64,000 nucleotides of DNA. Origin: Candidatus Latescibacterota bacterium. Its GTDB lineage: Bacteria; Latescibacterota; UBA2968. The stretch spans positions 1-64,000 of the forward strand of contig JAYODI010000022.1 of the NCBI GenBank assembly GCA_038279365.1, given 5' to 3'. The first letter of the stretch is position 1, and each line of letters starts with the position of its first letter. The notes beneath the pieces are model-generated. The model was not told where the DNA came from, made no database searches, and was given only the letters and a program-made list of their open reading frames with translations. Below are positions 38,296-48,130 of the stretch, piece after piece. Made by a program: the position numbers and the translations under genes.

Positions 38296-41200
38296 ATGGA
38301 AACGCGACATCTGAGTATCAAAGGCGCACGGGTTCACAATTTGCAAAATGTCAGTTTGGAATTGCCACGAAATGAATTGATCTGTTTTACGGGGGTATCG
38401 GGGTCGGGCAAATCTTCTTTGGCTTTTGATACCATTTATGCAGAAGGTCAACGGCGTTATGTCGAATCTTTGTCCGCTTATGCCCGCCAGTTTTTGGGTC
38501 AAATGGAAAAACCCGACGTCGATCAAATCACGGGTTTGTCACCGACTGTTTCAATAGAGCAAAAAACGGCTGGGCGCAACCCGCGCTCAACTGTGGGGAC
38601 AATGACCGAAATCTACGATTATTTACGCGTGTTGTTTGCGCGTATTGGCACGCCGCATTGTATTCACGACGACACGCCCATTGGGGCACAAACGCGAGAT
38701 GGCATTGTCGATCAAATTATGGCCTTGGGACAAGGAAAACGGTTTCACGTATTGGCATCTTTGGTTCAAGGGCGTAAAGGCGAATATTTAGACTTGTTTG
38801 AAGACTTGCAAAAAGAGGGTTATATCCGTGCGCGTGTAGATGGTCAAATTATTACCCTCACACAGGTGCCCAAATTAGAGCGTTATAAACGCCACGATAT
38901 TGAAGTGGTGATAGATCGTTTGGAAGTCAAAGCCGATATGCGCGCACGCATAGGTGAGGCTGTTGACGCGGGTTTACAAATGGGCAACAATGCCATTATT
39001 GTAAGCCCTGAAGGTGGCGATGACATTTTGATGAGCACCAATTTTTCTTGCCCGCAATGTGGTCGCAGTGCGCAAGAGCCCACCCCACAACTGTTTTCTT
39101 TTAACAGCCCACAAGGCATGTGTGGTGATTGTCACGGATTGGGTACCCGCGTGGCCATGGATTTGAAGCGGGTGATACCTGATGAATCGTTGTCCGTTTC
39201 AGAAGGCGCAATCGCCCCATTGGGTATTTCTAAAAACCGATGGAAAAATCACTATTACGAAGGGGTGCTCGCGCGCCATAAGGCCGATTTGAAAACCCCT
39301 TGGAAAAATATACCCCAAAAAGGCCAAAAAGAGTTGCTCTATGGTGTGGAAGGACGGATTCAGTTTGAATGGCGTCGTCGCAATGGCACCGTTAAAAAAC
39401 ATCGCGACACGTTTGAGGGCATTCTAACGCCCTTAGAACGTCGTTTTGCCGAAAGTGCTAATCCTGTAACACGCAAACGGTTGGCACCCTTTATGCGCGT
39501 AGGGGTGTGTCCAACCTGTGAAGGGGCACGTTTAAAGGCAGAGGCATTGCGCGTGCGCATCAATGGCCAATCGCTGCCCGATGTGACCCAAATGACCATT
39601 GATCAGGCCCATCGCTTTTTTGATCAATTGAACCTCACTGAAACGCAAAACAAAATTGCCGAAGATGCCCTCAAAGAAATTCGTGGGCGGTTGACGTTTT
39701 TGTTGGATGTGGGGCTAAACTATTTAACCTTAGAACGCACAGCACCCACGTTGTCGGGTGGTGAAGCACAGCGTATTCGACTGGCCAGCCAAATAGGGTC
39801 GGGTTTGGTGGGGGTTACCTATGTTTTGGATGAGCCTTCAATTGGTTTACACCACCGCGATAATTTACGGCTATTAGACGCACTTTGTCGCTTGCGCGAT
39901 GTGGGCAATACGGTCATTGTTGTCGAGCACGACGAAGAAACCATGATGCGTTCAGATCGGGTGATCGATTTTGGACCCGGGCCGGGGCACTTGGGGGGTG
40001 AGGTGGTGGCCCAAGGGACTTGGAAACAGGTGGCACGCTCGGGGCGTTCTATTACGGGTGCTTATTTGTCGGGCAAGCGCAAAATTGAAGTGCCAGAAAG
40101 GCGGCCAGTTGCCAAACGGCAAGCAGGGATTTGGATTCGAGGTGCGCGACAAAATAATCTCAAAGGCATTGACGTCAAGATTCCATTGGGGGTGTTTACC
40201 TGCGTCACGGGGGTGTCGGGTTCTGGCAAGAGTTCTTTAATCATAGACATTTTGTATCCGGCCTTGGCACGCGATCTCAATGGGGCAGAGTCAGAACCCG
40301 GTGTCCATCGGCGCATTGAGGGTATGGACCAGCTGGATAAGGTAATCGAGATTGACCAGCAACCCATTGGGCGCACGCCGCGGAGCAATCCTGCAACGTA
40401 TACGGGTGCATTTGACCCTATTCGCAAGCTGTTTTCCGAATTGCCCGAGTCAAAGGTGCGCGGTTATAAACCCGGGCGGTTTAGTTTTAATGTGAAGGGA
40501 GGGCGTTGCGAGGCTTGTCAGGGCAATGGGGCAAATTTGGTGGAGATGGACTTTTTGGCCGATGTGTGGGTCACCTGTCCGGTTTGTGAAGGTAAGCGTT
40601 TTAATCGGGAGACTTTGGATATTGTGTTTAAGGGCAAATCCATTGCCGATGTACTCGAAATGGAAGTCGAAGAGGCGTGTGCTTTTTTTAGCAATGTGCC
40701 CATTATTCACCGTGTTTTACAAACCCTTGTGGATGTTGGCATGGGGTATGTGCGTTTGGGGCAACCAGCACCTACTTTGTCGGGGGGGGAAGCACAGCGG
40801 GTGAAATTGTCCAAAGAGTTGTGCCGAACCAGCACAGGGAAAACGCTCTATATTCTAGACGAGCCCACCACGGGTTTACACTTTTCCGATATTCAAAACC
40901 TTTTGAACGTGTTGCATCGATTGGTCGATTTGGGCAATTCTGTGGTGGTCATTGAGCACAACATGGATGTGGTCAAAACCGCCGATTGGGTGATTGAGTT
41001 GGGCCCTGAAGGAGGCGAAGAAGGTGGGTATCTGACGGCTGTTGGCACCCCTGACGATTTGATGGTTGTAGACGGATCGCATACGGGTAAGGCCCTTAAA
41101 GATGTTATTTCTGGGGCACATTTGTTGGCTGTGGGCAATGGGCGCAAAAATGGCAAAACAAAAAATGCACAGGTAAAAGCGATAGAAGTTTGGGGGGCTA

Positions 41201-43977
41201 AAGAAAACAATTTGCAAGACGTCAATGTGTCTATTCCACGTGAAAAAATGACGGTGATTTCGGGTGTGTCTGGTTCGGGTAAGTCATCATTGGCCTTAGA
41301 CACCATTTTTGCTGAAGGACAGCGCCGTTATGTCGAATCCTTATCGGCTTATGCACGCCAGTTTTTAGGGCAAATGCCCAAACCCAAAGTAGACCGTGTG
41401 GTGGGGCTTTCTCCTGCCATTGCCATTGAGCAAAAGGCGGCAAGCAAAAATCCACGCTCTACAGTGGGCACTGTCACCGAAATTTATGATTATGTGCGGG
41501 CGCTTTTTGGGTTGTTGGGTGAGGTGTATTGCCCCGATTGTCAGATTCCTGCAGGCAGTCAAACGGTGAGTGAAATTGTGAAACGGGTGCTTAAAATGCC
41601 AGAGGGAAGGCGGTTGTTTCTCTTGGCACCCATAGAACCCGGGCGAGGGGAAGATTATAACACGCTGATTGAACGGGCCCAAAGAGGGGGCTATTTGCGT
41701 GGGCGCATTGATGGCGACGTTTTCAATTTGGATAAAGCACCCGAAATTGATTATCGCCAAACGCACCGTTTGGAGGTATTGGTCGATCGGGTTACAGCCT
41801 CAAAGAAAAACGCCAAACGCATTGCCGATTCTGCCGAGAAAGCCTTGGCTTTGTCGGGGGGGATTTTGATTGTGGCATCACCCGATGATTTGGAAGAAAC
41901 GCGATTTAGTCAGCACTTGTCTTGCAATGAATGTGGCAAAAGTTTTGAACCCGTTACCCCGCAAAGGTTGTCTTTTAATAGCCCTGAGGGCTGGTGTTTG
42001 TCTTGTGAAGGTCTGGGAACACAACGTGGAATGGGGGTGCATACGCTGATTCCCGATCCGCGTAAAACTTTGGCAGAAGGTGCGGTGTTGCCCTGGGGCA
42101 ATGTTTTGCCCGATACGCAAATGGGGCAAATGGTTATGGCCATTGGTGAGGCCATGAAATTTGATTTGGATACCCCTTTTGCCCAAATGACCGAGCAGGC
42201 ACAGCAAGCCATTTTGTATGGCTTGGGAAATCGCTGGTTGGTTGTGGCGGGTGGTTTAAAATTTCAATTTAAAGGATTGTTTCCAGCCATTGAAACATTG
42301 GTTCGGCAAGCACCACGGTTTCGTCGGCAGATGGGCGAGTTTATTCAAGATGTGCCCTGCCCGTCGTGTCGGGGGCATCGCATCAATCCGGTGAGTGCGG
42401 CTGTGCGTTTGCGTGGCAAAACGCTGCCCGATGTGGTCAAGTTGCCCATTCGAGATGTGCGTATTTGGTTTGAAGGGTTAAGCTTAAAAGGTCAAGAACA
42501 CGAGGCCGCTGGAGAGGTTTTGGCCGAAATTCACAGTCGTTTGCGGTTTTTGGACGAAGTGGGATTGGGGTATATCGATTTGTCTCGCAAGGCACCGACT
42601 TTGTCTGGTGGTGAAGCCCAGCGCATCCGATTGGCCAGTCAAATTGGTTCGGGGCTTACGGGTGTGTTATATGTATTGGATGAACCCACCATCGGTTTGC
42701 ATCAGCGCGACAACAGACGTTTGTTGGCGGCTTTGGAACGGTTGCGCGATTTGGGCAATTCATTGTTGGTTGTCGAGCACGACCGAGACACCTTAGAAGC
42801 TGCAGATTATATCTTGGACTTTGGCCCAGGTGCAGGCACCGAAGGGGGGCAATTGGTAGCAGCTGGTGTTCCTAAGCGTTTGGCATTGGGAAAAGGATCA
42901 CTGACGGCGCAGTACCTTAAGGACAAAATGCGCATTGAGATTCCTGCCAAACGACGGTGTTCTGAGCGGGGGGAATTAAAGGTGGTTGGGGCTCGGCATA
43001 ATAATTTGAAACAGGTGGATGTGGCATTTCCCTTAGGGCTTATGACCTGTGTGACGGGCGTGTCTGGCTCGGGGAAGAGTTCTTTGGTCAATGATGTGCT
43101 TTATGGCGCACTTGCCGCCCGTGTAAATGGCGCACAAAAAGCATGGGGTGAGCACGATGATGTGTTGGGTTTGGAGTTGGTCGATAAAGTCATCAACATC
43201 GATCAAACGCCCATTGGTTTTTCACCGAGAAGCAATCCCGCAACTTATGTAAAGGTTTTTGATGCGGTTCGCACCTTGTATTCCAATTTGCCCGATGCAC
43301 AAGTGCGTGGGTTTAAACCGGGGCATTTTAGTTTCAATCACAAACGTGGGCGTTGTGATGCTTGTCGGGGGTTGGGTGCGCGTTGTATTGAGATGCACTT
43401 TTTGCCCGATGTATGGGTCACCTGTGAAACGTGTGTGGGGAAGCGTTATAACCGCGACGTGGTGGATATTACTTACAAGGGGGCATCTATTGCCGATGTG
43501 CTGACAATGACGGTTGCCGAAGCGTTGGCACACTTTGAAAACGTGCCGTCTATTCGCCGATCATTGCAAACGCTATTTGATGTGGGCTTGGGATATATCA
43601 AAATGGGGCAGGCATCTACAACGCTTTCTGGGGGAGAGGCTCAACGTGTGAAGTTGGCCCGCGAATTGGCCCGTCCCAATACGGGAAAAACGGTATATAT
43701 TTTAGACGAACCCACAACGGGGTTGCATTTTGCTGATATACAAAAGTTGCTCGTGGTTTTGAACCGATTGGTAGATGCTGGCAATACGGTGATTGTGATT
43801 GAGCACAACTTAGATGTGGTTAAGACTGCCGATTGGGTGATCGATTTGGGTCCAGAAGGTGGTGAAGAAGGTGGGCAAGTGGTTGCACAAGGGACACCAG
43901 AAGCGGTCATGTTGGTAGAGGGGTCCCATACCGGGCGATTTTTGCAAGAGGTGTTTGCAGAATCGGTTTTGGTATAA
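38296..43977 (+). CDS. uvrA: excinuclease ABC subunit A, double-length (two fused UvrA units)
   Basis: 1893 aa; four GVSGSGKSS, four LSGGEAQR and four LDEP motifs; two AEGQRRYVESLSAYARQFLGQM; Zn-finger Cys pairs. Confidence 0.96.
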   Translation: METRHLSIKGARVHNLQNVSLELPRNELICFTGVSGSGKSSLAFDTIYAEGQRRYVESLSAYARQFLGQMEKPDVDQITGLSPTVSIEQKTAGRNPRSTVGTMTEIYDYLRVLFARIGTPHCIHDDTPIGAQTRDGIVDQIMALGQGKRFHVLASLVQGRKGEYLDLFEDLQKEGYIRARVDGQIITLTQVPKLERYKRHDIEVVIDRLEVKADMRARIGEAVDAGLQMGNNAIIVSPEGGDDILMSTNFSCPQCGRSAQEPTPQLFSFNSPQGMCGDCHGLGTRVAMDLKRVIPDESLSVSEGAIAPLGISKNRWKNHYYEGVLARHKADLKTPWKNIPQKGQKELLYGVEGRIQFEWRRRNGTVKKHRDTFEGILTPLERRFAESANPVTRKRLAPFMRVGVCPTCEGARLKAEALRVRINGQSLPDVTQMTIDQAHRFFDQLNLTETQNKIAEDALKEIRGRLTFLLDVGLNYLTLERTAPTLSGGEAQRIRLASQIGSGLVGVTYVLDEPSIGLHHRDNLRLLDALCRLRDVGNTVIVVEHDEETMMRSDRVIDFGPGPGHLGGEVVAQGTWKQVARSGRSITGAYLSGKRKIEVPERRPVAKRQAGIWIRGARQNNLKGIDVKIPLGVFTCVTGVSGSGKSSLIIDILYPALARDLNGAESEPGVHRRIEGMDQLDKVIEIDQQPIGRTPRSNPATYTGAFDPIRKLFSELPESKVRGYKPGRFSFNVKGGRCEACQGNGANLVEMDFLADVWVTCPVCEGKRFNRETLDIVFKGKSIADVLEMEVEEACAFFSNVPIIHRVLQTLVDVGMGYVRLGQPAPTLSGGEAQRVKLSKELCRTSTGKTLYILDEPTTGLHFSDIQNLLNVLHRLVDLGNSVVVIEHNMDVVKTADWVIELGPEGGEEGGYLTAVGTPDDLMVVDGSHTGKALKDVISGAHLLAVGNGRKNGKTKNAQVKAIEVWGAKENNLQDVNVSIPREKMTVISGVSGSGKSSLALDTIFAEGQRRYVESLSAYARQFLGQMPKPKVDRVVGLSPAIAIEQKAASKNPRSTVGTVTEIYDYVRALFGLLGEVYCPDCQIPAGSQTVSEIVKRVLKMPEGRRLFLLAPIEPGRGEDYNTLIERAQRGGYLRGRIDGDVFNLDKAPEIDYRQTHRLEVLVDRVTASKKNAKRIADSAEKALALSGGILIVASPDDLEETRFSQHLSCNECGKSFEPVTPQRLSFNSPEGWCLSCEGLGTQRGMGVHTLIPDPRKTLAEGAVLPWGNVLPDTQMGQMVMAIGEAMKFDLDTPFAQMTEQAQQAILYGLGNRWLVVAGGLKFQFKGLFPAIETLVRQAPRFRRQMGEFIQDVPCPSCRGHRINPVSAAVRLRGKTLPDVVKLPIRDVRIWFEGLSLKGQEHEAAGEVLAEIHSRLRFLDEVGLGYIDLSRKAPTLSGGEAQRIRLASQIGSGLTGVLYVLDEPTIGLHQRDNRRLLAALERLRDLGNSLLVVEHDRDTLEAADYILDFGPGAGTEGGQLVAAGVPKRLALGKGSLTAQYLKDKMRIEIPAKRRCSERGELKVVGARHNNLKQVDVAFPLGLMTCVTGVSGSGKSSLVNDVLYGALAARVNGAQKAWGEHDDVLGLELVDKVINIDQTPIGFSPRSNPATYVKVFDAVRTLYSNLPDAQVRGFKPGHFSFNHKRGRCDACRGLGARCIEMHFLPDVWVTCETCVGKRYNRDVVDITYKGASIADVLTMTVAEALAHFENVPSIRRSLQTLFDVGLGYIKMGQASTTLSGGEAQRVKLARELARPNTGKTVYILDEPTTGLHFADIQKLLVVLNRLVDAGNTVIVIEHNLDVVKTADWVIDLGPEGGEEGGQVVAQGTPEAVMLVEGSHTGRFLQEVFAESVLV

Positions 43978-43978
43978 G

Positions 43979-44614
43979 GTGAATGTTGAACAAAATGAGC
44001 ACGTTTTTTCAGATTCGTTAATTAATAATTTTATGCACAATGGTTGGGCGGTAGGGGATGGTTTTTTAGCGCCCGATGTGGTGGCTCAGTTGGCTGCGGA
44101 AGCTCATGATGGCATTGTTGTAGGTGCGTTTCAACCTGCTCAAGTGGGCCGTGGCGGTGGGCGTATGTTACACTCAGAGATTCGCCAAGATCGCATTTGT
44201 TGGTTAAAACCTGATGCCTTATCTGAAGCACAACAAATTTATTGGAATCAATTCGAACCTTTGAGGATGGCATTTAACCAGGCTTTGTATTTGGGGTTGT
44301 TCGATTATGAAGCCCATTTTGCAAGCTTTCCAGCGGGCACGCATTATAAACGCCATTTAGATCAATTTCAAGAGGTTGGGTTGCGAACCGTGTCTTGTGT
44401 GTTGTATCTCAGTGATCGGTGGCTTACAACAGATGGTGGGGCGTTGCGGTTGTTTTTGGCCCACGGTCACCACGATGTGTTGCCACAGGCTGGGCGATTG
44501 GTGTGTTTTATGAGCGATCAATTCTATCACGAGGTTCGTCCTGCATCCCGTGAACGATTAAGTATCACGGGATGGTTTAAAAAACGGCCAAATTTACCCG
44601 TCGGGGTGGTTTAA
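43979..44614 (+). CDS. 2OG-Fe(II) oxygenase (EGLN/SM-20-like prolyl hydroxylase family)
   Basis: IRQDRICW, YKRHLD, DGGALRL, HEVRP, RLSITGWF. Confidence 0.88.
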   Translation: MNVEQNEHVFSDSLINNFMHNGWAVGDGFLAPDVVAQLAAEAHDGIVVGAFQPAQVGRGGGRMLHSEIRQDRICWLKPDALSEAQQIYWNQFEPLRMAFNQALYLGLFDYEAHFASFPAGTHYKRHLDQFQEVGLRTVSCVLYLSDRWLTTDGGALRLFLAHGHHDVLPQAGRLVCFMSDQFYHEVRPASRERLSITGWFKKRPNLPVGVV

Positions 44615-44760
44615 AGTCTGTTAATCTTTCTATAAATGTTGGGAAAAGGTCTTGACCAATTTTGGGTTCATGCCTATTAGTTAATCCCTCATGCTTTGGT
44701 TATGCCAAGGCTTGGGGATTCTCCCTCACTCCCCAACCTCATATAGGAAGAACAATCTGC

Positions 44761-45804
44761 GTGAATTACATCGGCCGCAAGTTTTCGCTTCTCGATTTCC
44801 TCGGAAATGAGATGCGGCGGCGGATCTCCCCCGATTGTCGCGTGTTCTTTGATGTGTTTGCTGGCACAGGTGTCGTTGGCAAGCATTTCAAACAACAGGG
44901 GTTCCGTGTCGTCGCAAACGATATTCAGTATTATGCATATTGTTTGAACCGAGCCTATTTAGGCTTAAATGCAACACCTCGTTTTGCAGAATTACCGCTT
45001 AAACGCCAAGGAAGCGATTCTCGTTTGGAATCGGTTTTGGTGCACCTAAATCGCTTACCTGGTATTGAAGGGTTTGTGTTTAAAAACTATTGCCCAGACG
45101 GTGCCGAAGGGCGTATGTATTTTACCAACGTAAACGGTTTGCGTTGTGATGCCATCCGCACAGAAATAGAAACCTGGTGGGAAGAAGGGTTGCTTTCAGA
45201 AGGTGAGTATTTCTATCTCTTGGCCACCTTAATTGATGGTATGGATCGTGTGGCCAATACGGCTTCGGTGTATGCGGCTTATTTAAAGCAATTTAAACAA
45301 ACAGCACGCAAACCTTTGCAGTTGAACCCGATTCCTTTGGTGTGGAGTCAATACAAACACAAAGCGTTTAATGAAAATGGGGCCGATTTAATTGGTCGTG
45401 TTCATTGTGATGTGTTGTATATGGATCCACCTTACAATCAGCGTCAATATTGCACCAATTACCATGTGTTGGAAACCATTGCTCGCTATGACCGACCCAA
45501 AGTATATGGGGTAACGGGCTTGCGGCCTCACGACGATCAAAAATCAGATTTTTGTCGTAAAAATCATGCATTGCCCACATTAGATGCTATGGTGCGTGAG
45601 ACATTGGCACGGTATGTATTTTTGAGTTATAACAGCGAAGGGATTATGTCTAAAAATGATATTTTAGATACCCTTTCTCAATATGGCCATGTAGAAGTGG
45701 TGAGTCACGATCACACGCGGTTTCGTGCCGACCAAGATCGTGACAACCGTATTTACAAAGCCAATCGTGTTGAAGAATATTTATTCTGCCTCGAAAAAGA
45801 TTGA
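44761..45804 (+). CDS. N6-adenine DNA methyltransferase (D12 class, M.NlaIII-like), orphan
   Basis: (M)NYIGRK, DVFAGTG, ANDIQYY, ANTASVY.AYLK, YMDPPYN.RQY, FLSYNSEG. Confidence 0.9.
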   Translation: MNYIGRKFSLLDFLGNEMRRRISPDCRVFFDVFAGTGVVGKHFKQQGFRVVANDIQYYAYCLNRAYLGLNATPRFAELPLKRQGSDSRLESVLVHLNRLPGIEGFVFKNYCPDGAEGRMYFTNVNGLRCDAIRTEIETWWEEGLLSEGEYFYLLATLIDGMDRVANTASVYAAYLKQFKQTARKPLQLNPIPLVWSQYKHKAFNENGADLIGRVHCDVLYMDPPYNQRQYCTNYHVLETIARYDRPKVYGVTGLRPHDDQKSDFCRKNHALPTLDAMVRETLARYVFLSYNSEGIMSKNDILDTLSQYGHVEVVSHDHTRFRADQDRDNRIYKANRVEEYLFCLEKD

Positions 45805-45879
45805 GCGTCGCATGTTTCTCCCCCACGCGAGTCTTTTGTTTCGAGGCTCGCGTTTTTTATTGTCTTAAGGGAATGAAAT

Positions 45880-46524
45880 ATGAATATGGGAATTCCAACC
45901 CGCGCCTTTTTTCAAGTGGCTTTCCCGTGTATGTATCATGCCAATGCGCCAAAGATAGACGGCCATTTAGAAGATTGGGATGAAACGTTTTTGGTGCCCG
46001 ATTTGGGAGGGTTAGATGGCAAAGAGGCTTTTGCAAACGTCTATATGGCCTGGAATGAAGGGGGGCTTTATTTTGCCTTAGATGTAAAAGGTAAGGCCAT
46101 GTGTGCGGTTGATGAGCGCAGACCTTTGCGGGGGGATGGTTTACAGGTGTGGGTAGATACACGTGATGTGCGCAATGCCCATCGGGGCAGTCGTTATTGT
46201 CACCATTTTTGTTTTTGGCCACAAGCCGATGGTGTTGCCGCTGGTGGCCGACAATTTCGCTTGCGTCGGGCACGGGCGCAAGCCCGGCTTCAAGATGCTG
46301 GGCGGTTTTCAGTGGCGTCGCAACATGTGGGAGATGGATACCAAATGGAGGTGCATATTCCTTCCGATGCACTCACTGGGTTTGATCCAGAAGAAAACAA
46401 TCGTTTGGGTTTTGCTTATGTGTTAAAGGACAAGACGCTCGGTAGACAATTTTGGACTGCAGATGAAATGTTGCCCGTATCATATGACCCCAGTTTGTGG
46501 GGAACGGCCGAATTGGTAAAGTAA
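45880..46524 (+). CDS. CBM9/DOMON-like domain protein
   Basis: PKIDGHLEDW, YMAWNE.GLYFA, GDGLQVWVDT, YQMEVHIP, PSLWG; no signal peptide. Confidence 0.75.
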   Translation: MNMGIPTRAFFQVAFPCMYHANAPKIDGHLEDWDETFLVPDLGGLDGKEAFANVYMAWNEGGLYFALDVKGKAMCAVDERRPLRGDGLQVWVDTRDVRNAHRGSRYCHHFCFWPQADGVAAGGRQFRLRRARAQARLQDAGRFSVASQHVGDGYQMEVHIPSDALTGFDPEENNRLGFAYVLKDKTLGRQFWTADEMLPVSYDPSLWGTAELVK

Positions 46525-46556
46525 GGAAGGCAATTGATCATTTTAGTGGGGTAAGA

Positions 46557-46844
46557 ATGACACCATCGAAAAGGTGGATTTCATTGGGGTTTTTATTGTT
46601 GGTCGTTTGCTTTTTTGTTGTTGCACATGCCCAGAATAATAGACCATCCCCAGAGTGGATATACGATGTGTTGATTGTTCACGCGCCGCCCCCCTCAGGT
46701 TTGACTGACAACCGACCCAATCACGAACGGTTGGCCAATGAACTTGCTAGACTGCTCAATGCAAAAGCTGTTGATGGTTGGCAACCCGATCACATGTGGG
46801 GAACTGAGCCCATTTATGTTGTAATGAAACGATCCAAAAAGTAA
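46557..46844 (+). CDS. small secreted hypothetical protein (DUF4177-like pattern)
   Basis: Signal peptide …VAHA; W.Y.V…LN..A.DGW…MKR. Confidence 0.55.
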   Translation: MTPSKRWISLGFLLLVVCFFVVAHAQNNRPSPEWIYDVLIVHAPPPSGLTDNRPNHERLANELARLLNAKAVDGWQPDHMWGTEPIYVVMKRSKK

Positions 46845-46860
46845 CAAGCCATTATATTTT

Positions 46861-46890
46861 GAGCCTTCGGTGTTGCCGAGGGCTTTTTTT
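46861..46890 (+). terminator. intrinsic terminator
   Basis: GAGCCTTCGG-TGTTG-CCGAGGGCTT followed by a T-run. Confidence 0.8.
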
Positions 46891-47064
46891 GTTGTTGAAG
46901 ACGAGGGTGATCTATTAAGTATGAACGTTAACAGATGGCCCAATAGGCGTGAGCGTATGATATTAAAAGCGTTAATGGCGTCTTTTTAAAAAAAGCGATT
47001 GGTTTTTATAGAAAATCATGACTATCTTTCAATTTTAATGTGGCAACCACAAATAGGGGTTGGT

Positions 47065-48105
47065 ATGGCGCAAGAACAAATATTAAAAGGTGGGCTCATT
47101 GGGTGTGGCTATTTTTCAAACAATCACCTCAATGCTTGGCATGATGTCATTGGGGCAGAAGTGATTGCAGTGTGTGATCAAGACATAGAACGCGCCCAAA
47201 AAACGGCAGAGAAATTTGGGATAAAAAAAGTGTATACCGATGCAAACACAATGTTACAAAATGAACACTTAGATTTTGTTGATGTGGTCACACAGGCGCC
47301 TGCTCATCGGACATTGGTAGAATTGGTCGCTTCTCACGGTGTACATGTCATTTGTCAAAAACCATTTGCACCCACAATGGAAGATGCGCGGGCTATGGTG
47401 ATTGCTTGCAAGCAGGCAGGTGTGCAATTAATGGTGCATGAAAACTTTCGTTGGCAACGCCCCATTCGAGCAGTAAAAGAAGCATCAAAAAACATAGGCG
47501 ATCTGTTTTTTGGGCGTGTGGTTTTTCGAAACGACCACGACATTTTTACCAATCAGCCTTATTTGGCAAAGGATGAGCGTTTTATTATTTATGATTTGGG
47601 AATTCACTTGCTCGACATGGCGCGTTTCTTAATGGGAGATGTTTCGCGTCTGTTTTGCCATACACAAAGTGTGAATCCGCACGTTCTGGGCGAAGATACG
47701 GCTACAATGACTTTGGTTATGCAAAGTGGGGCGACCTGTGTGGTAGAGGCGTGTTATTATTCGCATTTGGCACGAGATATTTTTCCGCAGACATTGATTC
47801 ACTTAGAAGGCACAAAAGGTTCGGTCATATTGGGTGCCGATTACAATTTGACGCTTGTTGTTGATGGCGAGGTTGAAACCCATCTTGTTCCTCCGCAACC
47901 ACCTGTTTGGGCATCGGGGCCAGGTGTGGCCATTCAAGAAGGGGTTTTGGCCATTGAACAACACTTTGTGCAATGCTTAAAGGATGGAAAAGAAATGGAA
48001 ACCTCGGGTTTTGATAATTTAAAAACCCTGGAACTTGTTTTTGGTGCTTATGAGTCAGCGGAACAACAAATGGTTTATACAACAGAAGCGGCACTGGGCA
48101 CCTAA
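47065..48105 (+). CDS. Gfo/Idh/MocA oxidoreductase (D-apiose dehydrogenase-like)
   Basis: IGCGYFS.NHL, ICQKPFA, VHENFRWQ, QPYL, DLGIHLLD. Confidence 0.9.
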   Translation: MAQEQILKGGLIGCGYFSNNHLNAWHDVIGAEVIAVCDQDIERAQKTAEKFGIKKVYTDANTMLQNEHLDFVDVVTQAPAHRTLVELVASHGVHVICQKPFAPTMEDARAMVIACKQAGVQLMVHENFRWQRPIRAVKEASKNIGDLFFGRVVFRNDHDIFTNQPYLAKDERFIIYDLGIHLLDMARFLMGDVSRLFCHTQSVNPHVLGEDTATMTLVMQSGATCVVEACYYSHLARDIFPQTLIHLEGTKGSVILGADYNLTLVVDGEVETHLVPPQPPVWASGPGVAIQEGVLAIEQHFVQCLKDGKEMETSGFDNLKTLELVFGAYESAEQQMVYTTEAALGT

Positions 48106-48130
48106 GCGATCAAATTTGAGAAGAAGAAAT

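Noticed and set aside
44761-46524. Restriction-modification pair
   Set aside because: The downstream protein looks CBM9/DOMON-like and has no nuclease motif.
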